Below, one piece after another: positions 25,122 to 37,413 of a stretch of DNA of 64,000 nucleotides. Source of the DNA: Saprolegnia diclina VS20 (Eukaryota); the NCBI RefSeq assembly GCF_000281045.1, contig NW_008246090.1:234863-298862 (forward strand), in the 5' to 3' direction. The translations under genes were made by a program, and so were the position numbers. Within the stretch, counting starts at the first letter, position 1; each line of letters starts with the position of its first letter. The notes under the pieces were generated by a model. It was not told the origin of the DNA and did not search any database. It saw only the letters and a list, made by a program, of their open reading frames with translations.

Positions 25122-26233
25122 ATGGGACGGCAGGTCGAGTACGTCGAGTGGCGCTCACCGAGGGATGCCCTTGTGATGGACTTGCTCCTTCTTAGCTCGG
25201 TCTTTGCGCGGCTTCGGCGGACGCGCGCAGGCGACCAGGTCGACCTGACGTATTTTTCAAAGCAACAAGTCCTCGACGAGCTCGTGGCACATGAAGACGG
25301 AAAGCTTCTGCGCATGCGGCCGAACCTGCGCGCATTCCACACGCGCCTCGCGAGCTTGAGCAACATCCAGGAGAGCGCGTCGCTCAACATGTTTCGCATC
25401 ACACGCGTCCGGGATCCGACCATCTCGCAGACGATGGCCTGCGATCTGCTCACAAAGCTCATTACGCCTGCAATCCTCTTGGCCGACGCCGCCGAAGCGC
25501 GGCGGCAGCACCCTTACAAGTCGCAGTGGTGTGTGTTTGACGCCAAGCTGCGGAGCAAAAGCCCCGCTAGTGACTACAAAGTACAAGATGCAATACCGCC
25601 CATGTGCGTTGCCACAACGAGCTGTAGGTTTGTGAGCCGCGGCCGCGGGCGCTCACGCCAGCGGAGAAGCGGCGGCAAGAGCAAGTGGAGCGATGGACCC
25701 TCGAGGCGGCACGCGTCCTCGCCCACAACGTTGTCGCAGCCGTTCTCACGACGTCGGTTCGGGCCCTACTGCCATTGAGCCGTAAACGTACACCGGCGAG
25801 CTGCAAGAGCAACCAAACCGAGACCGACTTTCCAAGTGTCGTTGCCCTTACCGCAGACGAGGGCTCGACCAAGCCGACGCGGCGCCTCCACCCGCGTCGC
25901 AAGCCATCGTCGAGCTCTCTCGTAGCAGAAAAGGCAGCGCAGCGTCTCTCGGACCTGCGCTTGCAAGTGCTGTGTCCGGGCTTTGCGCCTGACACGAGCG
26001 TGCTCTCTGGCGGGCGCCCGATCGAAGCGTTTATTGCACTGGTCGAGAGTGCGGGGCACCACGAGGCAGCGTCGCGCCTACTGAGCCACTACAAGTTTGA
26101 GACGGCTGTGCACGCAATTGCTAACGAGTTTATGGTTGCCCACCCGTCGGCGACCGCGCTCGACGGGTATTTGCCGAGCTACTTTGCCTGGGCCGCCGAC
26201 GTTCGCAGCCGCACGCTCAAGCAGCTGCGCTAG
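25122..26233 (+). CDS. Hypothetical protein, multi-exon (start uncertain)
   Basis: Two coding-like ORFs (218 and 182 aa) have GC3-rich codons and are separated by a probable short intron. No family was recognised. Confidence 0.5.
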
Positions 26234-26283
26234 ACATTATGTTGATGATGATGACAAAGTACTATAAATATCGTTTGAGTCTT

Positions 26284-28813
26284 ATGGCGCGGTCGGCGCA
26301 ATTCCGTGGACGCTTCGAATGCTACTCGGTCGCTTGCCTCGGTGCGACGCGTCATCCGATGCGAGGTCCTGACGTTGGAGGTATTAGACATGCCGGACCT
26401 CGAGTTTGGCGACAAGGTCATTCTACCCTCCGTACGGAGCTCGCTGCGGAAATGCTTGTGATGCAAGCGGCGACGTAGGCCGTCCTGCGCGACCTGCAGC
26501 TCCTCAAGATCCCGCTTCCCCTCGTGTTTCAAGTCACGTCGACGACCGCGCCAAACGTCCGCCAGTTCTGCAGTGTCCTCGAGTTCAGTGCGCCCGACGG
26601 CCAAGTACGCAAATTGCCGCGGTGCTCGGCGTTGAGCCATGTGTAGATGTTTGCTCCGTACTGGATGATGCAGAATCTCTTGTGTGACGAAGGCGGTCGT
26701 CTCCAACTCGAGAGCGCGACCAACGTACGTCTAGCCTTCTCACGCGTGCTCAGCATGTGTGCGTAGATCCCGCGGGGCGTCTACTGCCGCTTGCAGCCGC
26801 ACGTCAGCGCCTTCTTGGACTTGGCCGCAACGCTCGGCCCCAAGGTACGAGGAGTGCGTCGTCTTGGAGCTAGCGTGAAGGACCCGGTTAGATTTTACTC
26901 GAATCCGCGATGCGCAAGTACTCAGTACTGAGCGTGGGCGAGACGATCGTGATTGAATATGGCGCCGACAAGTACGACAGCTATAGTGTACCTTTCTTGC
27001 TGTAGTAGGTGCTTGTATAGGTATTTTGTCGACGTCGTCCACGTCAAACCTGGCGATGTCATCCACCTCTTTGGGGACGTGGATCTCGAAGTCGACTTCA
27101 AGGCCCCCGAAGTACAAACTTTGCAGCTTGGCTTTCGGTGTGGATGACGATATTGGGTAGAACATGGATCCGCGACGACCCAAGTCGGCAACACCCCCGC
27201 TTCCAGACACGAGCCCATGCAGCCAACCAAACAAAGGCACGCCGCGACGAGAGACAGTGGAAGCGTACGACATCCTGCATATGACGCTCCGCGGAAGTCC
27301 CATGTAAGTGCTAGGACGCTGGGCCCCAGCTCGTCGCTGGGACGCCGCCTCGGTGACGGTGGCTACGTGCAAGTACCCGATACGCCGCCTGTGGTCGCCG
27401 CAACGCCGGCCAAAAAGACGCTGTCGCTTCAAGCAGCGCAGCTGAAAACAAAATCGGGGGCGGGGCCCAACCCGCTCACGACCAAATCGGTCAAGGCCTT
27501 TGAAACCCAAGGATATCAGCTCGAGGCAACGCCGGTCGAGCTCCGGCCCGAGCTACCGGATGCTGTGGCGCCGACAGTGAGCGCAACATTGACAACGCCG
27601 TACGCCTGCGGCTTTTGCCTGAGCGAGATGCCCCGCACCAACGCCGAGCTCCACGAACTTCGCTGCAAACAACACGTGGCGTACCACCGGGTACATATAT
27701 ATCGTGTTTACATACACGTTGCACATTGTGGACAGATTGTCTGCGATATCTGCCACGAAAAAGTGCTCAAAGCCAAGCTCGAGGACCACGTACACTGCCC
27801 GCAGGTATGTCGTCGCGCTCGCAAAGGCTACATTGGGACATATATCCAGTGCTTGTTTTGCGGGTCCTCGTCGAGCCTGGACGAGCACCACAAGGCTGTG
27901 CACGCTGTGGTTGGAATCTATTCAGCGACTCGCAAAGCTGAGAGAGCGTAGGTACGCTGTGCATGCGGGGCCGACGTCCCGGTCGATGCAATGCCGCAAC
28001 ACAAAGAGACGGCGTGCCCGCACACACTCACTTTGGTACGCGGCGACGTGCTGTCGACAAGATATAGTATGCAGAACCATATGCACGCCTAGTGCCATCT
28101 CTGCGCCTTGTCGTTTTCGCGCCACAAGTATGCGCAACACTACGCATCGTGTTCGAGTCGCACTGAGCAGTGCGAGGTCCTCTTTGCTCTTCATCGGCTA
28201 AAGTATGACGCACGGTTGTGGTAGCGCTGCAAAAAGTACGTCAATGTGCTCGCGTTCAACCAGCACGAAGCCACGTGCGGTGACGAGCCCCGCGAAGAGA
28301 AGGATCCTAATGCTGCGCGTCCATCTGTCCCGACGGCAGCGTCGATTTCGTGTCCGTACTGCGGGCGTGCTGCGTTTGATTCGATGACTGCGCTCGACAA
28401 ACACACGGAGCAGGCGTGCACCATCGCTCGGTACGTGCTTCGGGCCGTTGCACGCGTAGGTACATGGACGTTTGCGTAGAAGCTTCCTCGGCAATGGTCT
28501 CCCGACAAAAGGTTCGCAAGCGCCGCCGATCCTTCGCGGCAAGTTGCGCCGCAAAACCGACCTCGTCAAGCCCAAGAGGACGCTGCAACAGGCCGGCGAA
28601 CGCGTCGTGAAGCGCGAGACGGCCGTCATTACAACCCTCGACGACCTCGAGCCTGTCAAAGGGGCCACCATCAGCAGCAGGACCTTCAAAAGCTCACGAC
28701 AGCAGCAGGTCCAAGCTATCTTGACGGCATCGCAACAAGCGACGCGCAACCTCGCGGCACGTCAAACATCAACAACTAAGACGAATAAGACGACGAAGAA
28801 TCGCTTCTCGTAG
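26284..28813 (+). CDS. UFD1-domain protein with C-terminal Cys/His zinc fingers, many exons
   Basis: UFD1 motifs: FRGRFECYSVA, EFGDKVILPS, CSVLEFSAPDG, APYWMMQNL, RLQPH and LLESAMRKYSVLSVG...DLEVDF. Later come CGFC...HELRC, CDIC...HVHC and CPYC...HTEQAC fingers. Confidence 0.8.
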
Positions 28814-28913
28814 CGCATGCCACGTCATAAGCTGACTCTCAACATGGGTATTTGGTTGCGAATATCGAAGCTTATGTTTGCCCATTCGATCTTTGTCGCG
28901 ATCTTCTTTCCGC

Positions 28914-30249
28914 ATGGCCATGTACGCTGCACCGTACGACGAGGGTGTGGACGTTGGTGAGCGCATCGAGGACTTTGGCCTCAAGGTCGAGCGCGTGTAC
29001 GACGGCTAGAGGCTGCTACAGACGCCTGAGGCCCTACGATAGGCGAGCGCTGCTGCGCAACCTCGATGTGAGCGGCTGCCTCCTGAGCCTTTCGCACAAC
29101 TTTGCGTGGCTCAGCGGCGGCGGGCGCAACCACATCCTCCTCGCCAGCGAAGGTATGCATCATCGTCGTAGTGTCGAGTGTGCTGTAGCCCATGCATGCA
29201 GGCGGCGTCGGCAGTCTCTTTGTCAATGCTACCCGCGTGCTCTTGCTCACCAACAACATTGAGGGCCAGCGTTTGCTGCACGAAGAGCTCGCGGGGCTAC
29301 CCATCGAGGTACGATGTGGTGACAGCAAGCTCGTGCTATCGTCGCGGGTAGCTGCTTGACGAGCCGTGGTACGAGCCGGGAGAGACCGAGGCGGTGCTTG
29401 CCGCGATCGTCGGTCCCGGCGCTACGTTTCTTCGCGACACCAATACGGCGGTGGAGAAGCGGCTCGCGCAGCTTCGCCAATCGCTAACCCCACTCGATAT
29501 CAAGCGCTACCGCGCCCTTGGGCGGCACTGCAGCCAAGTCGTCACGGACGTAGCCGACTCGGTGCGGCGTGGCGTGTCGGAGTGGTCTCTTGCCGGACAG
29601 CTCCACCAGCGCGCGCTCGAGCACGGTATTGACGTCGTCGTGGTCTTGGTCGCTGCCGACGAGCGCTTGGACAACATTCGACACCCGCTCCCAACCACGA
29701 AGCTCGTGCGCGAGAAGGCCATGCTCGTGCTCTGCGGACGTCGGGGCGGGCTCATCTGCTCCCTCACGCGCATCGTATGCGTGTCATCCGAGGTGCCGGA
29801 GGACCTGCGCGCGCGGCACCACGCCGTCACGTATGTGGACGCGACGGCTTTGGCGGCAACGCGCCCTGATGCGATCGCCAGCGACATCTTTCGCGCCATC
29901 CAGCGCGCATATGCGACCAGCGGCTACCCCAACGAGTGGAAGCTGCATCACCAAGGCGGCGGCACGGGTTACAAGAGCCGCGAGTGGAAGGCCGACGCGT
30001 CCAACCACGTAGCATCTCCTCTTTCTGCTGTGTGATTGGGACAAAAGCGTGTAGGAGATCGTGGCGCCACTCCGCGCATTCGCGTGGAACCCGTCCATTG
30101 CGGGCACCAAGTCGGAGGACACGGTGCTATTGCTTGCGGATGGCCAGCTCGAGGTGCTTACCCAAGCTCCATCGACGTGGCCGATGCTCCACCATGTCGT
30201 TGACGGCGTCGAGATTGCCCGACCCGACATCCTCCACCGCCCATCGTAG
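28914..30249 (+). CDS. M24 (Xaa-Pro aminopeptidase/creatinase fold) family protein, prokaryote-type, with introns
   Basis: Spliced product KVERVRALLRNLDVSGCLLSLSHNFAWLSGGGRNH...LTNNIEGQRL...RHPLPT...GLICSLTRIV...EWKLHHQGGGTGYKSRE...FAWNPSIAGTKSEDT. Confidence 0.8.
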
Positions 30250-30863
30250 ATCGTAGATCGAAGCTGTGTATCCGCCAACGCTCGTCAGGACTGCGTCCGC
30301 AACTAGCACCGATACTAGCCTGCGTACTTGTATAATCCGTTTCATCAAAGCTGCTCGCCATGATGATGTCGTAGTCCTAAGCAAGCCAATGCCCATGCCA
30401 TCATATGCCGGTCGGAGGCCATAGCGCGATGCCATGGTGTGCGCTTCGCTTGTCGCTGGCATTGCGATGTCGTACAAGCGGACGCATCTTCCACGCAGTT
30501 CTAGATCGAGTTGCATGGCCGTCTTCTCGGCGGCTGCGGCCCGTCCTCGGCGTCGGCCAGTGCAATCGCAGTTGGCGGCAGTTCTTATTGCGACGTTCGG
30601 ATTGGTCAAAAAGGCGTCGTAAAATCGCGTACCTCCAAACCAGTCATTAAACAAAGGAGTAGGGGAAGTTGGCGAACAAGCCAATCACCGGCCGTGTATA
30701 AAAATATATCACAAGTACTTGATATTTCTAAGCAACATAAATACTTTTAAAAAGTGTATGGGCCTCCGGGCTTGGCGGCCGATGACTGGTTGGTGGTGAG
30801 GTCCAAGTCGGGCCGATTCAATAGAACCTCCAGTTTTAGTTTTCGGGAACCTAATCAGCACCA

Positions 30864-31280
30864 ATGGTACGTCGCAGGCCGATTCCTAGGAAGACGACCT
30901 TGGCGCATGCGACGATGAGGATGATGCTCATGGCCGCTTCCTCCATGTAGCCGCCTAAGACGCAGCAAAAGACCAAGGAACAGAAGATGGCCGCCGCCTT
31001 GGCTGGCTCGCGCGGCAAGGGCAAGAAGAAGTGGTCCAAGGGCAAGGCCCGCGAAAAGACGCAGAACAAGGTCCTCTACGACCAGGAGGCCTACGAGCGC
31101 ATGTGCAAGGAGATCCCTAAGATGAAGTTGATCACGGCGTCGGCCATCGTCGAACGCCTCAAGGTCAACGCCGCCCTCGCCCGTGCCACGATCCGTGAGC
31201 TCGAGCTCAAGGGTGACATCAAGGTCGTCTCCAAGCACAGCGCCCAGTTGATCTACACCCGCGCCATCAGCGCTGAATAA
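30864..31280 (+). CDS. RPS25: 40S ribosomal protein S25 (eS25); the first coding exon is only the ATG, intron 30867-30950
   Basis: ATG|gtacgt...atgtag|CCG CCT AAG gives MPPKTQQKTKEQK...KKKWSKGK...LKVNAALARATIRELE...HSAQLIYTRA. Confidence 0.95.
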
Positions 31281-32582
31281 ATGTAGTTGCTGACTTTGCC
31301 CGAACTTATCCGAGGTCCCTCTCTCTTTCAACGACGACCTACCGCGCCGGGCCGCGATAGCCGTCTTGCAAAAGAGTGGTAATTGAATGCATTAGGAGCC
31401 TTCTTCCCTTATCTTGTCCTTTGTCTTGCGCCACCACCTTCGTAACTTGTCTACCAGGACATCCGCCACCTGAGCCTAGATCTTAGTCTGTCCTCGCAGC
31501 TCCTATTTGCCCGCGAGCACTGCGCTTCGTATGCAAAGCGGCCAGAGGCCCATGAACGTCGTCACGGCACATGAGTCATGCCAATTCTAGCTCGAATGGG
31601 TGCGCACGACAAAGACGACAGAGCGTACGTCATCGACGACGCACCACGTGACGAAATCTAGTCAACAAGTAGCGTCGACCTGCGAGCGTACGCGATTACT
31701 AGTGACAGGAGGAGGCGAAAGCCCAGTGCTTCTCCGACCCCATGGCTTATCGACGTTGCAATCTTCGAGATGCCATGCACATATACACCTTTATCCTCTG
31801 CCGTGGGTCTCGACAGGACCTTCTAGAAGCGAAGGACTGCCCACATACATCGGTCTACAATTTTTTGCATAGACTTGCGCCGTCCTTTATGCACCACCAG
31901 TTACGTCCGTGTAACCACCGTCGCAAGCATGGCCGCGTCCGAAGAGTAGCTTGTTGCTTGTTGCGTCGTCCGAATCTGAAGACTGCCACGGAGGTCCGTG
32001 GAGCTTCGGGGCATATCTCGCGGTTGGCTGGACTCGATAGCCTCCGCGACGTCACTGGCGCGCGCCGTGTCGTGTGCCAATCCTCGTTCGAAAGTTGCTC
32101 TTGCGCAACTGCAAACAAGTTGGTCACAACTGGGCAGCTACTCGACCACGCGCTCGCCCGAGCATGGGTCGTGGCTGCTGTCGCGTGCATGGGCTATCGG
32201 TAGTAGATGATCGCCCGCATGCCAGGATGCCCTACATGCCCCTGCCCTCGTTGGCCAAAGCTGGGATCCGTCGGCGGCCGCGCGGGGTGTCGCACCGGCG
32301 TTACCGAATGGCGTACTTGGCGCTTGCGCCAATCCCGATCCTCAGCACGACGTCAAAATTATTTTATGCGTGTGCAATCTCTGTCGTTTTTGGAGCGTCG
32401 CAAACGTGTCGTTTTCTCACAAGTTTTCGAGGCAAAAGAACTCGAATGGGCTGAAAAAGCGCCGAGAGTCAGTGCGCGCAGCTGCGTCGACGCTTTTCGG
32501 GCCGATTTCAAAAAAATACGCCACGGCCACAAGTTCAACTGCAGCAACCAGTTTACTTTTTGCCACGTCCTTGCCAAGTGTC

Positions 32583-34325
32583 ATGGCAACAACGTCGCCC
32601 ACGTCCGAGCTCGTCGCGCCGCCAGAGGGCTCGCTCGAGCTCCTCAAGCGCACCAACTCGGTACGTCGGCCGCGTGGCACCACGCAGTACGGAATCTCAT
32701 TCGCTTTCTCGTGTAGGAGCCGAGCGTCCTCCTCGCGTCGGCCGAAGAAACCAAGGTCATTGACATCTCCGAGCCGCTGGCGTTTCGCCGGGCGCACCTG
32801 CGCTCGAGCCAGCACACGCACCAAGTGTCGCCCGAGGTCCGTGCCAGCATTCTCCACGCGGTCGACAATGTGTACAACCCGTTCATTTCGTCCATGATGT
32901 CGCAAGACAACGACAAGTACGACAGCCTCGACGCGTCCCAGCGCATTCGCAACCTTCTCAACACGCCGGCGTCTGCGCTCGGGTGGCGCAGCTCGCAGTC
33001 GCTCGGGTACACGGAGCTCACGCCGCTTGCGCGCCCGCCGTCGAGCAAGTCGTTCGTACCTGCGAAGGAGACGACGCTCGGCCAAGCCTTCCTCGCGCTT
33101 CTCAAGGCCTTTGTCGGCACGGGTGTGCTCTTCTTGCCGCAAGGCTTCAAGGCTGGCGGTATCTTGTTTGCGCCGGCGCTGCTTTTCTTTGTGGCTGCGC
33201 TCACGCTCTTTGCGATCTACCGCCTCCTCCAGTGCCGCGCAGCGTACGGCGGCACGTACGGTCACATTGGCGAGATCGCCTACGGCATCTGGGGCCACCG
33301 CTTTGTGCAGATCTCGATCATCCTCATGCAAGCCGGCTTTTGCTGCTCGTACATTATCTTTGTGGCCCAAAACATGACCGAAGTGCTCGCGTACTTTGGC
33401 GCCAACATCTCGGTCGGCGCGCTCATCATGCTCCAGACCGTCATTTACATTCCGCTCTCGTGGATCCGCTACATTAGGTATCTCTCCTTCCTCTTGGTCT
33501 TGGTCTCTGAGATCTGATCTAGCTACTTTTCCGTCTCCAACTTGGTGGCCGATGCGTTCATCCTGTACGGTGTCGCGTACATTCTGGGCTGCAGCTTCTC
33601 GTCGCTCGCCGAGGTCGGGCCGCAGCGCGTCGAGTACTTCAACCCGCAAGACTACTCTGTGTTTGTCGGCACGGCAGTCTTTACGTTTGAGGGCATTGGG
33701 CTCATCATCCCAACCCAAGCGTCGCTCGCCAAGGAGCACCAAAAGCACTTTTTGCCGCTGATTCTGGCGACCGTGCTGGGCCTCTTTGTGTTTTACTCGT
33801 TCTTTGCGAGTGTCAACTACATTGCGATCGGCGACTCGATCGAGCCGTTGGTCATGTCAAGCCTCCCCCGCAACGGCTGGACGATCTCGGTCCAGGCCGG
33901 GTACTCGATCGCGCAACTGCTCTCGTACCCGCTCTTCCTCTTCCCCGCCGTCAAGATCATTGAAGACATGCTCCTTCTGCCGCGCCGCGACTCGGGCCTC
34001 AAGGCGCAAAAGAACTTGATCCGCGCGCTCATTGTCACCATGACGGTCATGATCGCTTACTTTGGCCAGGACCGACTCGACCTCTTCGTGTCGATCGTCG
34101 GTGCCTTCTGCTGCGGTACGTCGACGCTTGCCTCTGCATGGTAGACTCATCTCTGTCGTAGTGCCGCTGAGCTTTATCTACCCGCCGCTCTTCTACCTCA
34201 AGCTGTTCCCGGACGTCTCGATCTTCTCCAAGATCCTCGACGTGAGCGTCGTCATCATCGGCTTCCTCACCTTCTTCTACGTCACGTGGTCCAACATTCA
34301 AAAGTGGGAGTCGGACGCACTCTAA
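32583..34325 (+). CDS. Amino acid/auxin permease (AAAP) family transporter, AVT3/4-SLC36-like
   Basis: AFLALLKAFVGTGVLFLPQGFKAGG, GTAVFTFEGIGLIIP, QLLSYPLFLFPAVKIIE and LDLFVSIVGAFCC, with multiple hydrophobic segments. Confidence 0.9.
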
Positions 34326-34788
34326 TAAGCTCCGATAATCTTATGCACATCTTGTCAAGAATCTTCTCGTCGTTGGCACAGATCTTGCATGTACCAGTAC
34401 GTTTAGCCACACAGGCGTCGCGCGACGTAGGTACGACTACTGCGACCCAACCTCTATAGACTACAGTAGCCAACGGCGGCGGAGCAGGACTTGCTCGCTG
34501 AAAACCAAACTTCAAGAATGCTCGAGTTCACAACGTATGTGTTGAGCTTGAGATATCATTTACAAGCTGCTCGCAGTGCTGCTGCCATCATCGTCGATAG
34601 CTAGCGCCATACCAAAAGGCCTCTCTACCCTCCTCTGCCCATGCAAGCGACAGCTTGCTTCGCCCTTCACTGACGTGGCGGCCGCAAAGCGCAAACCTGC
34701 TGGCTTCTTGCACTTGAGTTTGCCTTTCTAAAACCTCTCAAACTCGATTTGCTCGCGTCGGCCACATTGCCAACGGGTTTTTGCCCCG

Positions 34789-35894
34789 ATGCTCTTCCAG
34801 AACAAGAGGTACGGGCCGTGGGCGGGCGTCGCTTGACCGCGCTTGTAGCCGCCTCATCCGCGCCGTGAGCTGGATCCCGGTATCGCTCGTCGCGCTGCTT
34901 ATCTCGCTCGAGTACTATGTCTTTGTCGAGTACCACATCCGCGCCAAGCTCGCGGCCGGTTCGGACGAGCCGCTCGGCCTCGCGCTCCAGTTTATCGTCT
35001 TCAACGTGCTCGTGGGCCTCACCGTCATCTCGTACTACCGCGTCGTCACGACAGGTCCGTCATCGGTCCTTATCTCGACGACGCCTATATGGAATCGATA
35101 GATCCGGGCTTTGTCAACGACGTCATGGCCGAGAAGCTGCGCCAGGAGGCCATCGAGTGCGGTCTTGTGATGCCCGTGTGCCGCGCCTGCAATAAGCCCA
35201 AGCCCGTGCGCGCGCACCACTGCAGCGTCTGCCGCATGTGCGTCATGAAGATGGGTACGTCCTGCTCGACGTACCGGGCAAAGACACTCAGATCCCTCGC
35301 AGACCACCATTGTCCGTGGGTCGGCAACTGCGTCGGGCTCGCCAACTACAAGTACTTTTACCTCTTTGTCATCTACGGCGCGCTCGGTTGCGGCATGATC
35401 CTCATCACCATGTTCCCGGTACGCTTCCTAGTTGCGCACGAGTGGCCGACGACGACGCATGTAGGCCTTTGAGCGCGCCATCAACCACACGACGGTGGAG
35501 ATGCCGATGACAGCGCTTCTCGGCTTCGTCATGGCCGGCAGCGTGACGCTCTCGCTGCTCATCTTTACGGGCTTCCATACCTTTCTCATTCTGCGCGGCC
35601 TCACAACACTCGAGATGAACGTCTATGGCATGCGTAGCCCGTACCGACTCCCTGTAGGTCCCATGTACTTTGTTGGCGTCGACTCATGCGGCGTCTTGAT
35701 GCTAGACGTTTGTTGAGAACTGGTGGTCGGTCTTTGGCACGCACCGAGCGACGTGGTTCTTGCCCGTACCCGCCGTCGGCGCCGACGATGGGCTGACGTG
35801 GATGCAGCCGACTCGCATGCCATCGCGCATCATGATGTCGCATGCGGTCGACGACTCGGACGACCAAGAGAGCTCGATGCTCATGCATCTCTAA
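34789..35894 (+). CDS. DHHC-type protein S-palmitoyltransferase, multi-exon
   Basis: The DHHC cysteine-rich domain reads CRACNKPKPVRAHHCSVCRMCVMKM|DHHCPWVGNCVGLANYKYF. A TTLE motif is present. The first intron is at 34809-34848. Confidence 0.92.
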
Positions 35895-36125
35895 GCACGA
35901 TGAATCGAGTCTCTGCAGCTGTTTGTCGCTGAAGTGATATCGTGTTGATGACGTGGCAGTACCTAAGGCAGGATCCATATTCCTCGCCGGCTGGTCGCTA
36001 TGCGTCCGCGTCAAGAAGGAACGAAGGAGGATCATCATCATCTATCGAGACTAAATATAGGAAGAGCTTGCTACGATACGCTGCTATACAAACGGACAAC
36101 GTCGTCGGGTCGTTTTCGTCGTCGC

Positions 36126-36908
36126 TTAGTTGGCATCTTCCTCCACCTTGGGCGCCAAGTAGTAGCGGATGTAGCCCATTTCGCCAATCGCATACTCAAT
36201 GACAACGGGGACACCGGGCGACATGGAGAGCGTCACGGTCGCCGAGAGCGGCGTGGCCTTGGTAAACATGTTGAGGTACCGGAGCGCAAACGTGAGCTCG
36301 ACAGGCTCTTCCATCTGGATGATGACGCGGTCTTCTTCCTTCTCGGACGCCGTGTTGTTCTTGAGCGTAATGTTGCCAGCGCCGAGGTCGCCCGTGACGC
36401 TAAACTTGACGCCGTCCTTGCTCACGCTGATCGTGCACGTGTCGCCCATCGTGTGCAAGTCGCGGCAAATGCGCTGGAACTCGCTCGACGGCATGCGCAC
36501 GGTGGCCACATACTCAGTGCTCGGAATGCCAAGGTGCTCGCTGTCAATGTCCATGAGCTTGAGGCCAAAGTCCGAGATGCGGTCGCCGGACGCCGCCTCA
36601 AAGATGATGTTGAGCACGTCGCCTTCGTCTTCGGCCGAGAGCGAGAGCGCGTCGTCGTTGCCCGAGCACTTGAGGATCTTGGAGAGCGACGCGGTCTGGA
36701 TACCGAGCGAGATGTTGCGGTCGCAGCGGTAGTGCTCAAAGCCCTCGGCGCGGAGCAGGAGCGAGACGAGCGAGACGTGCGAGCCATCCATGCTCTGGAG
36801 CGCGAGGCCCGACTTGGTGCAGTCGATGTTGCCCTCCGAAATGAGCTCCTTCATGGCCTCGATGATCAGCTTGACGATCTTCCCTTGGCTCAAGCGGGCT
36901 TCAAACAT
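36126..36908 (-). CDS. PCNA: Proliferating cell nuclear antigen (260 aa, intronless)
   Basis: MFEARL...[14 protein letters not shown]...YRCDRN...[16 protein letters not shown]...YYLAPKVEE. Confidence 0.97.
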   Translation of the reverse strand: MFEARLSQGKIVKLIIEAMKELISEGNIDCTKSGLALQSMDGSHVSLVSLLLRAEGFEHYRCDRNISLGIQTASLSKILKCSGNDDALSLSAEDEGDVLNIIFEAASGDRISDFGLKLMDIDSEHLGIPSTEYVATVRMPSSEFQRICRDLHTMGDTCTISVSKDGVKFSVTGDLGAGNITLKNNTASEKEEDRVIIQMEEPVELTFALRYLNMFTKATPLSATVTLSMSPGVPVVIEYAIGEMGYIRYYLAPKVEEDAN

Positions 36909-37063
36909 ACTCTTGTCGGTGGTCGCTGGCAAATTGGCAAGTGGGCTCGGCCGGCGGCTCCAAATACCTTGGTCTTTGTATGCATCCATTTTGGCCAATC
37001 GCATGCGTCCCCTCCAAATTCGTAGCGCGGCAATGCCACATACAAACACCAAGTGCAGGTGTC

Positions 37064-37118
37064 GTATCCGGACGTTCCATAAAGAACAACGCGCGCACCG
37101 AGCGGCGGGTCCGGATAA
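37064..37118. promoter_or_regulatory. Inverted pair of KTATCCGGAC motifs upstream of PCNA
   Basis: GTATCCGGAC at 37064-37073 and GTCCGGATAA (reverse complement TTATCCGGAC) at 37109-37118. Confidence 0.5.
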
Positions 37119-37216
37119 AGGACCCTTCAATGGCTTCCCTCCAAAACCCCGCGACCACAGAATCAAAGATCGGCCGTTTCGCCAGTAATCGAAGCGAAGA
37201 CGAAGCGAAGACGAAG

Positions 37217-37375
37217 ATGGGCGAGGTTGACATGGCCATTCTGCGCCATGGCCTCGGCGGCAGCATGGGCATGGGCGGCGGTCGCAGGATGGAGGAAGCG
37301 CGGACAGGCCTCGAGAAACGGCATGAGGACATGGCTAGTGCTACCAGCCATGCTCTCCTTGACGCCATGAGGTAA
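37217..37375 (+). CDS. Possible small ORF (52 aa) divergent from PCNA
   Basis: [52 protein letters not shown] with a good ATG context (gaagATGG). No homology was recognised. Confidence 0.25.
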   Translation: MGEVDMAILRHGLGGSMGMGGGRRMEEARTGLEKRHEDMASATSHALLDAMR

Positions 37376-37413
37376 AACATCGAATCGTAAGATGACGATG
37401 CTAAAAGGAGCGA

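Noticed and set aside
30360..30440. C-box-like ATGATGA suggesting a C/D snoRNA
   Set aside because: No CTGA D box or terminal stem lies at a suitable distance.
30761..30814. Imperfect inverted repeat GGCC..GGCTTGG / CCAAGTC.GGCC upstream of RPS25
   Set aside because: It is short, needs G-U pairs and bulges, lies in a promoter, and has no ncRNA box motifs.
31300..32400. 1.1-kb gap with several short ORFs, considered as a transposon remnant
   Set aside because: No terminal repeats or transposase/RT motifs were seen.
36909..37166. 86-aa N-terminal extension of PCNA in the ORF track
   Set aside because: PCNA conventionally starts at MFEARL. The extension covers promoter DNA (CCAAT and TATCCGGAC sites).
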